Assembly (NCBI GenBank): GCA_041494705.1
Contig: JBGQBI010000005.1
Location: 120,001-152,000, forward strand
Length of the DNA: 32,000 bases
Direction: 5' to 3'
DNA from: Candidatus Methanoperedens sp.
GTDB lineage: Archaea > Halobacteriota > Methanosarcinia > Methanosarcinales > Methanoperedenaceae
Both the position numbers and the translations under genes were made by a program. How positions within the stretch are numbered: position 1 is the stretch's first letter; each line of letters starts with the position of its first letter. Below the pieces are notes generated by a model. That model saw only the letters and a list, made by a program, of their open reading frames with translations. It was not told the origin of the DNA and did no database searches. Shown here in pieces: positions 1 through 8,952 of the stretch.

Positions 1-103
1 GGAGGGGGTATTTATATGGTGGTGCTGGTGAGTGTGATATTATTTTCGCAGGCTCACCGCAAAGGGCGCGAAGGGCGCAAAGAATCGAAGGAGAGAGAAT
101 GTG

Positions 104-2716
104 TTATTCCCCCTCCGCCTTCTTCTTCAACTCCGCCAGCGCATTCAGCGCCTCCAAGGGCGTCATGGCATCCACATTGAGCTTTTTAAGTTCCTCGACT
201 ACAGGCGATTCCTTTTTCTCTTCAGAATCAAAAAGCATAAGCTGCGTGTATTTCGCGCTGTCCTTCCCCCTGCCGCCGATAACGCTCCCGTTCTCCACTT
301 CCTTCAATATCTCCTTAGCCCTCTGCGTCACCTTCAGAGGCACACCAGCAAGCCTTGCCACATGGATGCCGTAGCTCTTATCTGTCGCGCCCGGGATTAT
401 CTTGCGGAGGAACACAAGGTCGTTGCCTTCTTCTTTGACAGCGACGTGATAATTCTTAACGCGCCGCAGGCTTCCGGTTATGGCTGTAAGCTGGTGGTAA
501 TGCGTTGCAAAAAGCGACCGCACACCAACGCGGTCTTTGTTATGGATGAATTCAACAACGGCTTTTGCGATGCTGTAACCGTCGTAGGTGCTTGTGCCCC
601 TGCCGATTTCATCAAGGAGAACGAGGCTTTTCGGGGTTGCATTGTTCAGGATGTTGGCAAGTTCTACCATCTCTATCATGAACGTGCTCTGCCCGCTTGC
701 AAGGTCGTCAAAAGCCCCGACGCGCGTGAATATCCTGTCCACAAGCCCGACGGATGCGTATGATGCGGGCACAAAACACCCCATCTGCGCCATTATCACT
801 ATCAGCGCGGTCTGCCTCATGTATGTCGATTTTCCTGCCATGTTAGGACCGGTCAGGAGCAGGAACTGGTTCTCCTGGCAGTCCATGTGGGTATCGTTGG
901 GGACAAACCCTCCAGGAATCGCAAATTCAACAACAGGGTGCCTCCCGTCGCGGATAAGGATATTGCAGCTATCGTTCACCTCGGGGCGCACATACTTGTT
1001 ATTAACAGCCATCTCGGCGAGGTTTACTATCACATCCAGTTCGGCTATTGCCTGTGCTGTAGCCTGCAATTCCTTTGACCGCCCCGCGATTTGCGAGTTT
1101 ATCTCTGTGAACAGCTCAAACTCAAGCGCAACCCGTTTTTCATCTGCAGTAAGTATCATCACCTCCTTTTCCTTAAGTTCAGGCGTATAGAAGCGTTCCC
1201 CGTTCGCGGTTGTCTGCTTTCTTATATAATCAGAAGGAACCTGCGAAAGATTGGTTTTCGTTACCTCAATGTAATACCCAAACACCGAATTGTATCCGAT
1301 TTTCAGGGATTTTATGCCAGTCCGGTCACGCTCCTTTTGCTGCATCTCCGCAATCCAGTCCTTGCCGTGCAGCGACATTTTCTTAAGCTCGTCCAGCTTT
1401 TCATTGTACCCTTCTTTAATCATCCCGCCTTCGCGAACACTTACAGGAGGTTCGTCCACAAGCGCCCGGGAAAGCAGCGCTACAATATCGGTATAATCAC
1501 CAAGTTTCGTTATTATATCTGCCAGAAGTCCTGATTTGATTTCGCTTTCTTTAAGGGATTTTATCATTTCAGGAAGCTTTTCAAGAGATACCTTGAGCGC
1601 TATGAGGTCCCTGGCATTTGAGTTGCCGTACACGATACGCCCGATTAAGCGCTCGATATCCCTGATACCCAAAAGCGCCGAGCGCAAATCGTATCTCAGC
1701 AATGTCTTTTTAATAATTTCATCCACAGCATCAAGCCGCTCGTTTATTTTATTAACAGAAATCAAAGGCTGCAAAAGCCATTTCCGGAGCATCCGCCCGC
1801 CCATGGGGGTTTTTGTGCGGTCAATAACAGATAAAAGTGAACCTGTTCCCTCGCCGCGAATGCTCTGGATTATCTCAAGATTCCGAAGAGTTATTGAATC
1901 CAGCACCATGAACTCGTTCTCGGAATATGTCCTCATCGCCTGTATGTGATTCAAGTCCCTCATCTGGGTTTTTTGTGCATATTCAAGAGCGGCACCGGAT
2001 GCCGAAACAGCAAACGTGAGATGCTCGCAGCCCATGCCTTCAAGTGTCACGGCGCCGAAATGTTTCAGAAGTCGATTCCGTGCGTTTTTGGACTCAAAAG
2101 CTTCCGCATCGAATTTATTGAGTATGATGCCACTGTCTTTTAACCGCTGCGTGAGTTTTTTATTTTCAAAAAGTTGAGCGGGAAGTATGCACTCCGCGGG
2201 TTTCATCCGCGCTGCTTCGCTTATTATTTTATCATAATTCTGATTGTCGGTAAACTGGGTCGTCAGGAATTCCCCGGTACTCACATCCAGGAACGATAAA
2301 CCGAATTCCATGCCTTCCCCGGAAACGGACATCAGGTAATTATTGGATTGGTCAGAAATCAGAGATGAATCGATAACAGTCCCGGGCGTGATGACCCTGA
2401 CCACTCCTCTTTTAACGATGCCTTTTGCGTTTTTCGGGTCTTCAAGCTGCTCGCATATCGCGACTTTATAGCCTTTTTTTATAAGTCTGGGGAGGTATGA
2501 ATCCACAGCATGATACGGAATACCGGCAAGAGGCATATCCTCACCCTCTTTATCCCTGCCTCTTGATGTGAGCGTTATTTCAAGTTCCTTTGCGATTATT
2601 TTCGCATCATCCCCGAAGGACTCGTAGAAGTCACCCATCCTGAAGAAAATGAGCGCATCCTTGTGCTTTTCCTTGGCTTCATAGTACTGGCGCATCGCAG
2701 GTGTCATCTTGTCCAT
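104..2716 (-). CDS. mutS: DNA mismatch repair protein MutS (bacterial MutS1 type)
   Basis: 870-aa ORF with ATG start. N-terminal mismatch-binding motif FFRMGDFYE, Walker A GPNMAGKST, and full-length MutS domain order. Confidence 0.95.
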   Translation of the reverse strand: MDKMTPAMRQYYEAKEKHKDALIFFRMGDFYESFGDDAKIIAKELEITLTSRGRDKEGEDMPLAGIPYHAVDSYLPRLIKKGYKVAICEQLEDPKNAKGIVKRGVVRVITPGTVIDSSLISDQSNNYLMSVSGEGMEFGLSFLDVSTGEFLTTQFTDNQNYDKIISEAARMKPAECILPAQLFENKKLTQRLKDSGIILNKFDAEAFESKNARNRLLKHFGAVTLEGMGCEHLTFAVSASGAALEYAQKTQMRDLNHIQAMRTYSENEFMVLDSITLRNLEIIQSIRGEGTGSLLSVIDRTKTPMGGRMLRKWLLQPLISVNKINERLDAVDEIIKKTLLRYDLRSALLGIRDIERLIGRIVYGNSNARDLIALKVSLEKLPEMIKSLKESEIKSGLLADIITKLGDYTDIVALLSRALVDEPPVSVREGGMIKEGYNEKLDELKKMSLHGKDWIAEMQQKERDRTGIKSLKIGYNSVFGYYIEVTKTNLSQVPSDYIRKQTTANGERFYTPELKEKEVMILTADEKRVALEFELFTEINSQIAGRSKELQATAQAIAELDVIVNLAEMAVNNKYVRPEVNDSCNILIRDGRHPVVEFAIPGGFVPNDTHMDCQENQFLLLTGPNMAGKSTYMRQTALIVIMAQMGCFVPASYASVGLVDRIFTRVGAFDDLASGQSTFMIEMVELANILNNATPKSLVLLDEIGRGTSTYDGYSIAKAVVEFIHNKDRVGVRSLFATHYHQLTAITGSLRRVKNYHVAVKEEGNDLVFLRKIIPGATDKSYGIHVARLAGVPLKVTQRAKEILKEVENGSVIGGRGKDSAKYTQLMLFDSEEKKESPVVEELKKLNVDAMTPLEALNALAELKKKAEGE

Positions 2717-2770
2717 TCAGCTTGTCTCCGGATGAGATATTCGTTTATTCCTATTTTTGTTTTTGCATAC

Positions 2771-2866
2771 ATAGGTGCTGTTAACTTTTATGGGTTTGGG
2801 GCGCACACCGCTGAGACGCAAAGTTCGCAAAGGCATTATTCCCAGCTTTGCGGTTTCAGCACCTAT
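2771..2866. repeat. Nested inverted repeat: perfect 10-bp outer arms (ataggtgctg / cagcacctat) enclosing a 7-bp hairpin (cgcaaag...ctttgcg)
   Basis: Read directly. Arms at 2771-2780 and 2857-2866 are exact reverse complements. Inner stem is 2826-2832 / 2846-2852. Confidence 0.6.
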
Positions 2867-2930
2867 AGCATGGTTCTTAAATCTACATAATTTTATGCAT
2901 ATCATTTAAGCAATTTTTTCGGACGGGATA

Positions 2931-3000
2931 ACAGGATTGACAGGATAAAATATTACAAAATCCAGTTCATCCTGTTAATCCTGTCAGATTTTCTTTTTTT
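2931..3000 (+). other. 16-bp stem-loop followed by a T-run (terminator-like on + strand; possible 3' end of a small RNA)
   Basis: acaggattgacaggat (2931-2946) pairs with atcctgttaatcctgt (2969-2984) with one G-U pair. A 22-nt loop separates them, followed by ttttcttttttt at 2989-3000. A TATA-like aattttatg lies ~35 nt upstream. Confidence 0.3.
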
Positions 3001-3025
3001 AACGGTTATTTATGAACTTGACTAT

Positions 3026-3088
3026 AACTCGTACGAACTGATACGAACTCACGCCGCCGGAGTTCGTACGAGTTCGTATTAGTTCGTT
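3026..3088. repeat. Palindromic array of 8-bp TACGAACT / AGTTCGTA units at 10-bp spacing
   Basis: tacgaact at 3032 and 3042. Inverted agttcgta at 3061 and 3071, plus agttcgtt at 3081. Symmetric about the GC-rich acgccgccg at 3051-3059. Confidence 0.6.
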
Positions 3089-3113
3089 GTTTCCGTACAT
3101 GTGATTTATCTAA

Positions 3114-4400
3114 TCATCTGCGGTCTTTTTTATTCATATCCACAAAAGATAAAACCAGGCCAATAACCACAAGCACCGCGCCTACAAGTAGAACCTTCCA
3201 CTCAAGCTGAAAAAGCATAAACACGCAAAATAAAATACCGAATAACGGCAGTACCGGGAATTTTCCTATCGCAAGAGGGACTTTAAAAGACCTTCTCATT
3301 TGCGGTTCCTTGTATCTTAACAGTATCAGGGCAGCATTTATCACAAAAAATGTCACAAACAGCGTGAAGTTATCCACCTTAGCCACAAAAGCAATATCAC
3401 CGGCAAAAACGAAAAGCATTGACAGCAGCATCGCAGCGAATATGGCAATCCATGGCGTTCTTCTCGTGATATGCACACTTCCGAGGATACCCGGAAGAGT
3501 GAAAGAATCCGCCATGCCATAGATTATCCTCGATGCGCCGAGCAGCATCATAAGAACAGTATTTGCAGTTGCAAAAAGTGCTATCATGGCTAATAGAATG
3601 AACGCATCGCTTCCGAAAGCACTGAATGCGAGGTCTGCAAAGGGCGCATCCGATGCCGCAAGTTTTTCCCATCCTGTTACACTGACTGCGGAGATTGCTA
3701 CTGAAATGTACAGGACAATACTGATTAAGATTGCCAGCATCAATCCTTTCGGAATTGTTTTTTCAGGGTTTTTAGTCTCTTCCGAGAGCTTTACAATACT
3801 TTCAAACCCGGTATATGCAAAAAATACAAGCGCAGAAGCCTGGAAAACTCCTGTCAAGCCCTGCGGCATCTCAAAATAATCCACTTTCCCAAGATAGGGA
3901 AGCCCTATGAAAATTATCAAAATAAGACCTGCGCTTTCTATGAGGGTGGATATTATCGCAAACCATACAGACTCTTTTAAGCCCCAGAAAAGGAGGATGG
4001 AGAGGGCGATTATGAGGAGGAGGGCGGACGTTATGATGGGCACTCCGGAAAGCGCTTTGAAATAACCTCCGAAACCCAGGGCTACAGTTGATGCGCCGAT
4101 TACGGCGCTCAGGATAATCAACCAGCCGATAATGAATGCAAGCCTCCTGCCGAAAGCATTTGAGGTATATTCATACTCGGCGCTCGCTCTCGGGAACATG
4201 GAAGAGAGTTCTGCATAGCTCAATCCTGTAAAAACTGCAATAAGCGATGCAAACGCAAACGAGAGCCAGACGGAGTTTCCCGCAAGAGCCGTCGCTTTTC
4301 CAATGAGCGCATATATCCCTGCCCCGAGGATTATTCCTACACCCGACAGGGTTACCTCGGTGAGGCCCAATTCACGTTTTAACGCCACCTTCTCGCTCAT
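3114..4400 (-). CDS. APC-superfamily amino acid permease
   Basis: 428 aa with about 12 hydrophobic segments. N-terminal LTEVTLSGVGIILGAGIYALIG is typical of amino acid/polyamine permeases. Confidence 0.85.
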   Translation of the reverse strand: MSEKVALKRELGLTEVTLSGVGIILGAGIYALIGKATALAGNSVWLSFAFASLIAVFTGLSYAELSSMFPRASAEYEYTSNAFGRRLAFIIGWLIILSAVIGASTVALGFGGYFKALSGVPIITSALLLIIALSILLFWGLKESVWFAIISTLIESAGLILIIFIGLPYLGKVDYFEMPQGLTGVFQASALVFFAYTGFESIVKLSEETKNPEKTIPKGLMLAILISIVLYISVAISAVSVTGWEKLAASDAPFADLAFSAFGSDAFILLAMIALFATANTVLMMLLGASRIIYGMADSFTLPGILGSVHITRRTPWIAIFAAMLLSMLFVFAGDIAFVAKVDNFTLFVTFFVINAALILLRYKEPQMRRSFKVPLAIGKFPVLPLFGILFCVFMLFQLEWKVLLVGAVLVVIGLVLSFVDMNKKDRR

Positions 4401-4619
4401 TCTGTACCTGTATAATGTATCGAATAGGTATAGATTTGGGTATAATTACGGAAAACAGTTTTAAGTATCGGTGTTAAATTAGAATATGAGGAACCTGATT
4501 TCCTATCCTATCCAAAAACCTTATTTTTTTGGTTCCTCAAACTATTCGATTAAAAGATATTGTTGTTAATAAATCCTTCGATTTTGTTCGGCTTTCATTT
4601 AAAAAAGATATAAAAGGAA

Positions 4620-5033
4620 TTATGGGGTTTTGGCCGGAGGAGTATATATGGAGGCATTGGATTCATATTTGGAGGGACATTTCGTTAACATACTGAAAGC
4701 TTCAAACACATTATTGTTGAATTTCCCGGTCACTACTGCCTGGATATTTGTAGCTTCAGGCGGGAGATCGGGTTTATCGCCTGTATAAACAACATCCAAC
4801 GTGGCAATGCCGTCTGTCATTTTAAAAATGAGTGTCCTGTTAAGCGAGTCCCAATTGTCTGTACCTGAAACCATGCTCCCATTGATGGTGATAACCTTTC
4901 CTGTCAGGTTCCCCTGTGCAGCAACCGCTTCGCTCACCTCATATATCTTCGAGGTATTTGTATAATAAAACAGGGATCCTAATAAGACAACAATAATGGA
5001 AACTCCAAGTATTAACCGCTTTTTCTTATTCAT
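4620..5033 (-). CDS. ccmE: Cytochrome c maturation heme chaperone CcmE, archaeal CxxxY variant
   Basis: 137 aa. N-terminal membrane anchor, an OB-fold-like core similar to CcmE, and a C-terminal KCPSKY motif where bacterial CcmE has HxxxY. Confidence 0.7.
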   Translation of the reverse strand: MNKKKRLILGVSIIVVLLGSLFYYTNTSKIYEVSEAVAAQGNLTGKVITINGSMVSGTDNWDSLNRTLIFKMTDGIATLDVVYTGDKPDLPPEATNIQAVVTGKFNNNVFEAFSMLTKCPSKYESNASIYTPPAKTP

Positions 5034-5118
5034 TTGTATCCTTACGAACCAAATTGGCTTGATTGAACTTAAATGTTTCCCGTAGCATTATTAATCCTAA
5101 TAGTATTAAAGAGATAAC

Positions 5119-5865
5119 ATGGAATTATTACTGATTATATTTATCGCATTCATCATTGCAGTCCTGTTCTCCATGCTCGGTCTTGGCGGGGCGATTATCT
5201 ATACCCCGTTTTTTTTCTGGCTTGGCGTGCCCATCCTTACCGCAATCCCCATGGCACTTTTGTTGAATGTGATTACAACCGCCTCTGCCTCGATGACTTA
5301 TTTAAAACAGCAGCTTGTGAACAAAAGCCTTGCCATGCCTATGATATTCACTTCCGTTTTTGGCGCGTTTTTAGGTTCCAGCCTTTCTCATAAAATAGAT
5401 ACGAAGCTAATAATCGTATTGCTTTCGATTATTCTTTTTATCGCTAGCATGAGGATACTTTTTTTCAGCAGTATCGGCGTCTCGGTCAGCGTAAGTGAGA
5501 AGAAAAAAATATTGATAGGTGCAACTGCCGCTTTTTTTATCGGGGCAGTTTCTTCACTGGTGGGTATCGGAGGGGGTACTTTCATGGTGCCGCTTCTTCT
5601 GGTTTTGGGCCTTGAAACACGAAATGCCGTTGCAACCTCGGCATTCATTATCACGTTCATGTCCCTATCAGGCTTTCTTGGATACCTGGGTTTTAGCTCA
5701 GAACTTGATATCCACTTGTTGGCCTACGCGGGCGTAGCGGCGTTTGCGGGCGCGCAGGTAGGCTCGAAAATAATATTCATGCATATAAATTCAACAACGA
5801 TTAACCGTATATTCGCGATTATTCTACTGTTCGTTGTAGGAAAACTCATTTACGGTCTATTGTGA
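5119..5865 (+). CDS. TauE/SafE (TSUP, DUF81) family membrane transporter
   Basis: 248 aa, polytopic. Duplicated GLGGA / GIGGGT motifs typical of the family. Confidence 0.8.
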   Translation: MELLLIIFIAFIIAVLFSMLGLGGAIIYTPFFFWLGVPILTAIPMALLLNVITTASASMTYLKQQLVNKSLAMPMIFTSVFGAFLGSSLSHKIDTKLIIVLLSIILFIASMRILFFSSIGVSVSVSEKKKILIGATAAFFIGAVSSLVGIGGGTFMVPLLLVLGLETRNAVATSAFIITFMSLSGFLGYLGFSSELDIHLLAYAGVAAFAGAQVGSKIIFMHINSTTINRIFAIILLFVVGKLIYGLL

Positions 5866-6652
5866 ATTTTTCAAAAGTTTTAACCGATGGCGTACGGCAT
5901 TGCCCTGCCAGCTTCATCTCTTTCTCTATCATCTTCGGGTAGGTCATCTCGATTATTGTCTTGAGATTTTCAACATCTTCCCTGTTATACCTTATGAGGA
6001 GCTCCAGCGCTTCATCATCCCCGCGCTCGTACCTGTTCCATAATCTTACAGCGTCAAAACCTGATATCCCCCCGGTTTCCTCGCTCCTCTTTATTCCAAG
6101 GGAACACTCAATCTTTTTAAGACCGCCGCTAAAGCCCAATTTCTTCAATGGGTAAAGCAGGTCTGTATGAAGGTGATTAAAAAACCCCGGGAACTCATGA
6201 TTAATAAAAGGAAGGTCAAACCTCGCCCCGTTGAAAGTAACGAGCTGTTTATATTTTGCAAGTTCTGCCTGTGCATCTTTAAGATTTATGCCCCGTATGT
6301 ACGTTTTCGTTTCATTCCCGTCATATATCCCGATTATTGTTATGCTGTCACCCTGTGATGAAAGACCTGTGGTTTCAATATCCACATAAGCTGTTTTTTC
6401 ACTGAAAAACTTAAACGCCCTCCACTGGTGACATGGCAAAAGCCGCCGGGCGAAAAAAACATGATTTCCGGCGGATAACTGCTCAATTGATTCCTCAACG
6501 CCTGAAAATAATACCCTCTGCCTGGTTTTCAGTGCTTTTATCGCGCTGTGGTTTTGAAGGAAGTCTTCCCAGCTTTTTATGCCGCATCCCCATATCTTCC
6601 GCTCTGTTGAAGAACCAATGCCGGGTATATGAATATAGGTGTTTTTCAGCAT
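5846..6652 (-). CDS. RNase H-like (DEDD-type) exonuclease with N-terminal helix-hairpin-helix
   Basis: 268 aa. IPGIGSSTERKIW is an HhH. DIETTG, FNGARFDLPF and YNREDV acidic motifs resemble YprB/PolB-exo-like predicted exonucleases. Lies 5 nt downstream of the PolD small subunit gene. Confidence 0.7.
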   Translation of the reverse strand: MLKNTYIHIPGIGSSTERKIWGCGIKSWEDFLQNHSAIKALKTRQRVLFSGVEESIEQLSAGNHVFFARRLLPCHQWRAFKFFSEKTAYVDIETTGLSSQGDSITIIGIYDGNETKTYIRGINLKDAQAELAKYKQLVTFNGARFDLPFINHEFPGFFNHLHTDLLYPLKKLGFSGGLKKIECSLGIKRSEETGGISGFDAVRLWNRYERGDDEALELLIRYNREDVENLKTIIEMTYPKMIEKEMKLAGQCRTPSVKTFEKFTIDRK

Positions 6653-6657
6653 AATAT

Positions 6658-8118
6658 CTAATTAAAATCCATTATTGAGTATTCCATGCTCGCAAGGTCA
6701 ACAACCGTAGCTTTAGCAGGCATGGGCTGGAGGTTCATCTTTTTCTGGAATTCGGTCTGGCTCTGCCATGTGCCACTATTAATAGTCAGCACCTCTTTGT
6801 AACGGGAAACTCCAACCGTGTGGACATGCCCGCAATGCAATATATCCGGTATCGTATCTATCACGAAATGGTCCTTCAGTTCAGGCGCAATTGATACCCT
6901 GCCCCCGTATATCGGCGAAAGATGACGAAGTTTTAACATCTCGCTCATGGGTTTTGAAGGGTCGCCATAAGAAAACCCCGGGATACTTGCAATTATATCG
7001 TCCATTGACCTGCCGTGATATATCAAGACCTTGACCCCGATATCCACCATCGCAGGATTTCCAACGAATATAATATCATTGCGAAACAATTTAGTAATTC
7101 TCTCTGGAAAGCGCGGCTGCGGTTCAGCCTGCCTCACCGCATCATGGTTTCCCGGCGAGACTATAATCCTGATGTGCCCCGGCACGGCATTCAGGTATTG
7201 CGCCGCTTTTTCATATTGTTCATAAATATCTGAAATCGCAAGCTCTTTATCCTGGTTCGGGAACACGCCGATGCCGTCAACAACATCGCCCGCTATCACA
7301 AGATAATTAATATCGTCTCCGAGCCATTCCACAAACTTAAGCCATGAATCTTCAAGAAAAGTCTTGCTTCCCACATGGATATCTGAAATGAACACAGCCT
7401 TTCCTTCGGGTTTTTTCCTGTTCAATGTATTTCCCTGGGTATTGGGAATGTCGGGGAACATTATTCTATTTGCAAACATCAGGCTGCCATCGGAAGAAAG
7501 CGTGCCGGTGACCCCGATTACCTCATCCAGGATTATTCTCTTCGCAAGTTCAAACAGCTCTTTATCTTTTTCTTTATGGATTAAAACAGGTATGGTTCCC
7601 GTGGTATCCTCAACCTCGATTAATTTATGCCCTTTGGCGCTTGTCCTGATATCCAGGACCATCCCGATAATAGAAAGCGGCTCTCTTGTATCCAGGTTCC
7701 TTTTCTTGATGCTTTCAATGGGTCTTGCGCTTATTCTTTTACGGAGCATATCCCCGAGTGAACTGAAGCGGTCCCTGAAATAATGCACGAACTCCGTATA
7801 TTCCCCGATGCAAGTTGACTGGTTTGTTATGTCTTTCAATATGGTAACCGGGTTTCCGTCGGGTTTAGCTTTGGATGGAATTGCATCCTGCTTTTGAGGT
7901 ATGGTTTTAGTCTTTTCTTTCAAGATATTGGTTTCAGGACGGGGCTTTTGAACCTGATGCTTTATGTGTTCTATCCCTACGACCATTACGGAACTGTCTA
8001 TTGATTTTAAAACATCGTGTATTAACTCCGGAGAACTTGTTTTCATTAAATCAAGTGCCAGGGGGTCAATCTGGAATCCTGATTCGGCAAACATTTGGAC
8101 GATTTCACCAGTCTCCAT
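6658..8118 (-). CDS. polB: DNA polymerase II (PolD) small subunit DP1
   Basis: 486 aa. Calcineurin-like phosphoesterase motifs DIHVGS, GDVVDG, GNHD and GHVH, with an OB-fold region upstream. Confidence 0.9.
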   Translation of the reverse strand: METGEIVQMFAESGFQIDPLALDLMKTSSPELIHDVLKSIDSSVMVVGIEHIKHQVQKPRPETNILKEKTKTIPQKQDAIPSKAKPDGNPVTILKDITNQSTCIGEYTEFVHYFRDRFSSLGDMLRKRISARPIESIKKRNLDTREPLSIIGMVLDIRTSAKGHKLIEVEDTTGTIPVLIHKEKDKELFELAKRIILDEVIGVTGTLSSDGSLMFANRIMFPDIPNTQGNTLNRKKPEGKAVFISDIHVGSKTFLEDSWLKFVEWLGDDINYLVIAGDVVDGIGVFPNQDKELAISDIYEQYEKAAQYLNAVPGHIRIIVSPGNHDAVRQAEPQPRFPERITKLFRNDIIFVGNPAMVDIGVKVLIYHGRSMDDIIASIPGFSYGDPSKPMSEMLKLRHLSPIYGGRVSIAPELKDHFVIDTIPDILHCGHVHTVGVSRYKEVLTINSGTWQSQTEFQKKMNLQPMPAKATVVDLASMEYSIMDFN

Positions 8119-8204
8119 GTCCTGAACTTATGTCTCTATATTCAGATAAGATTTTTCCTTCGATGCTTTTATTTACCTTCACCCTAATTAATAATCGGTG
8201 GAAC

Positions 8205-8948
8205 ATGGCATTGGAACAAGCAGAACAATTTGTGAAAGTCATCAATGAACCTTTAAAATCGAAGAACCCGTTGGTTATTGTCGGATTTCCGGGCATAGGG
8301 CTTGTAGGGAATATATCCTGCCAGCACATTATCGAAGAACTCAAAATGAAATACATGGGCTCAATCGATTCAAGGTATTTCCCGCCTCTTGCTGTCCTTT
8401 TCAACGGTCTTGTTTATATGCCTGTGCGCATATACGAATCCAAAGAAAAAGAGGTTGTTGTGGTAATATCCGATATACCGATACATCCGACTGCCTCATA
8501 CGATATAAGCAAAATATTGACGGATTGGATGCAATCGATTCATAGCAAGAATATTGTTTCGATTGCAGGCATAGCGACAACCACGGGAGAGCGGCGCGTT
8601 TTCGGGGGCGCGACAAATCCCGAGTTGCTGGAAAAGATAAAAAATAAAACAGAAATATTCCAGGTAGGGACCATTTCCGGCATTTCAGGCAGTATAATGA
8701 CCGAGTGTTATTTGCGCGGCCTGCCTGGCGTGAGCCTCCTGGGTGAGACCCCGGGACCAAATCCAGACCCGAGAGCCGCTGTCGAAGTGCTTAAGGTTAT
8801 CAATAAAATCTTTGAGCTGGATATTGATACTGAAAAATTATTGAGCCAGGCAGAGCAGATAGAGCTTGAACTTTCCAAACTTGCGGAACAGGTCAAAACC
8901 ACTGAAACGCCATCGATTCCCAAGAAAGAGTTTCCGATGTACGGGTGA
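8205..8948 (+). CDS. PAC2-family proteasome assembly chaperone
   Basis: Start re-set to the ATG at 8205 (MALEQAEQF...). The 8001 start would overlap polB. LVIVGFPGIGLVGNI is the family's N-terminal motif. Confidence 0.75.
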   Translation: MALEQAEQFVKVINEPLKSKNPLVIVGFPGIGLVGNISCQHIIEELKMKYMGSIDSRYFPPLAVLFNGLVYMPVRIYESKEKEVVVVISDIPIHPTASYDISKILTDWMQSIHSKNIVSIAGIATTTGERRVFGGATNPELLEKIKNKTEIFQVGTISGISGSIMTECYLRGLPGVSLLGETPGPNPDPRAAVEVLKVINKIFELDIDTEKLLSQAEQIELELSKLAEQVKTTETPSIPKKEFPMYG

Positions 8949-8952
8949 TTTT

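Noticed and set aside
11-40. TATA-like tttatat followed by GTGTGATAT at the window's left edge, resembling one unit of the TCACA/TGTGA element
   Set aside because: Only one unit matches, and the spacing to the TATA box (18 versus 22-23 nt) and the tandem arrangement are not reproduced. The target gene is also off-window.
2663-2905. 75-aa (+) and 62-aa (-) ORFs in the mutS upstream intergenic region
   Set aside because: Neither shows a motif or protein-like composition, and they overlap each other and the inverted-repeat structure. The region is more likely non-coding.
3026-3088. Possible replication origin (ORB-like repeats)
   Set aside because: The units do not resemble the archaeal ORB or mini-ORB consensus as I recall it. 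There is no adjacent orc1/cdc6 gene and no extended AT-rich unwinding element. It is kept only as an unexplained repeat array.
8001-8204. N-terminal extension of the PAC2 ORF (track start at 8001)
   Set aside because: It would overlap the polB 5' end by 118 nt and add an implausible leader. The family's conserved N-terminus begins shortly after the ATG at 8205.
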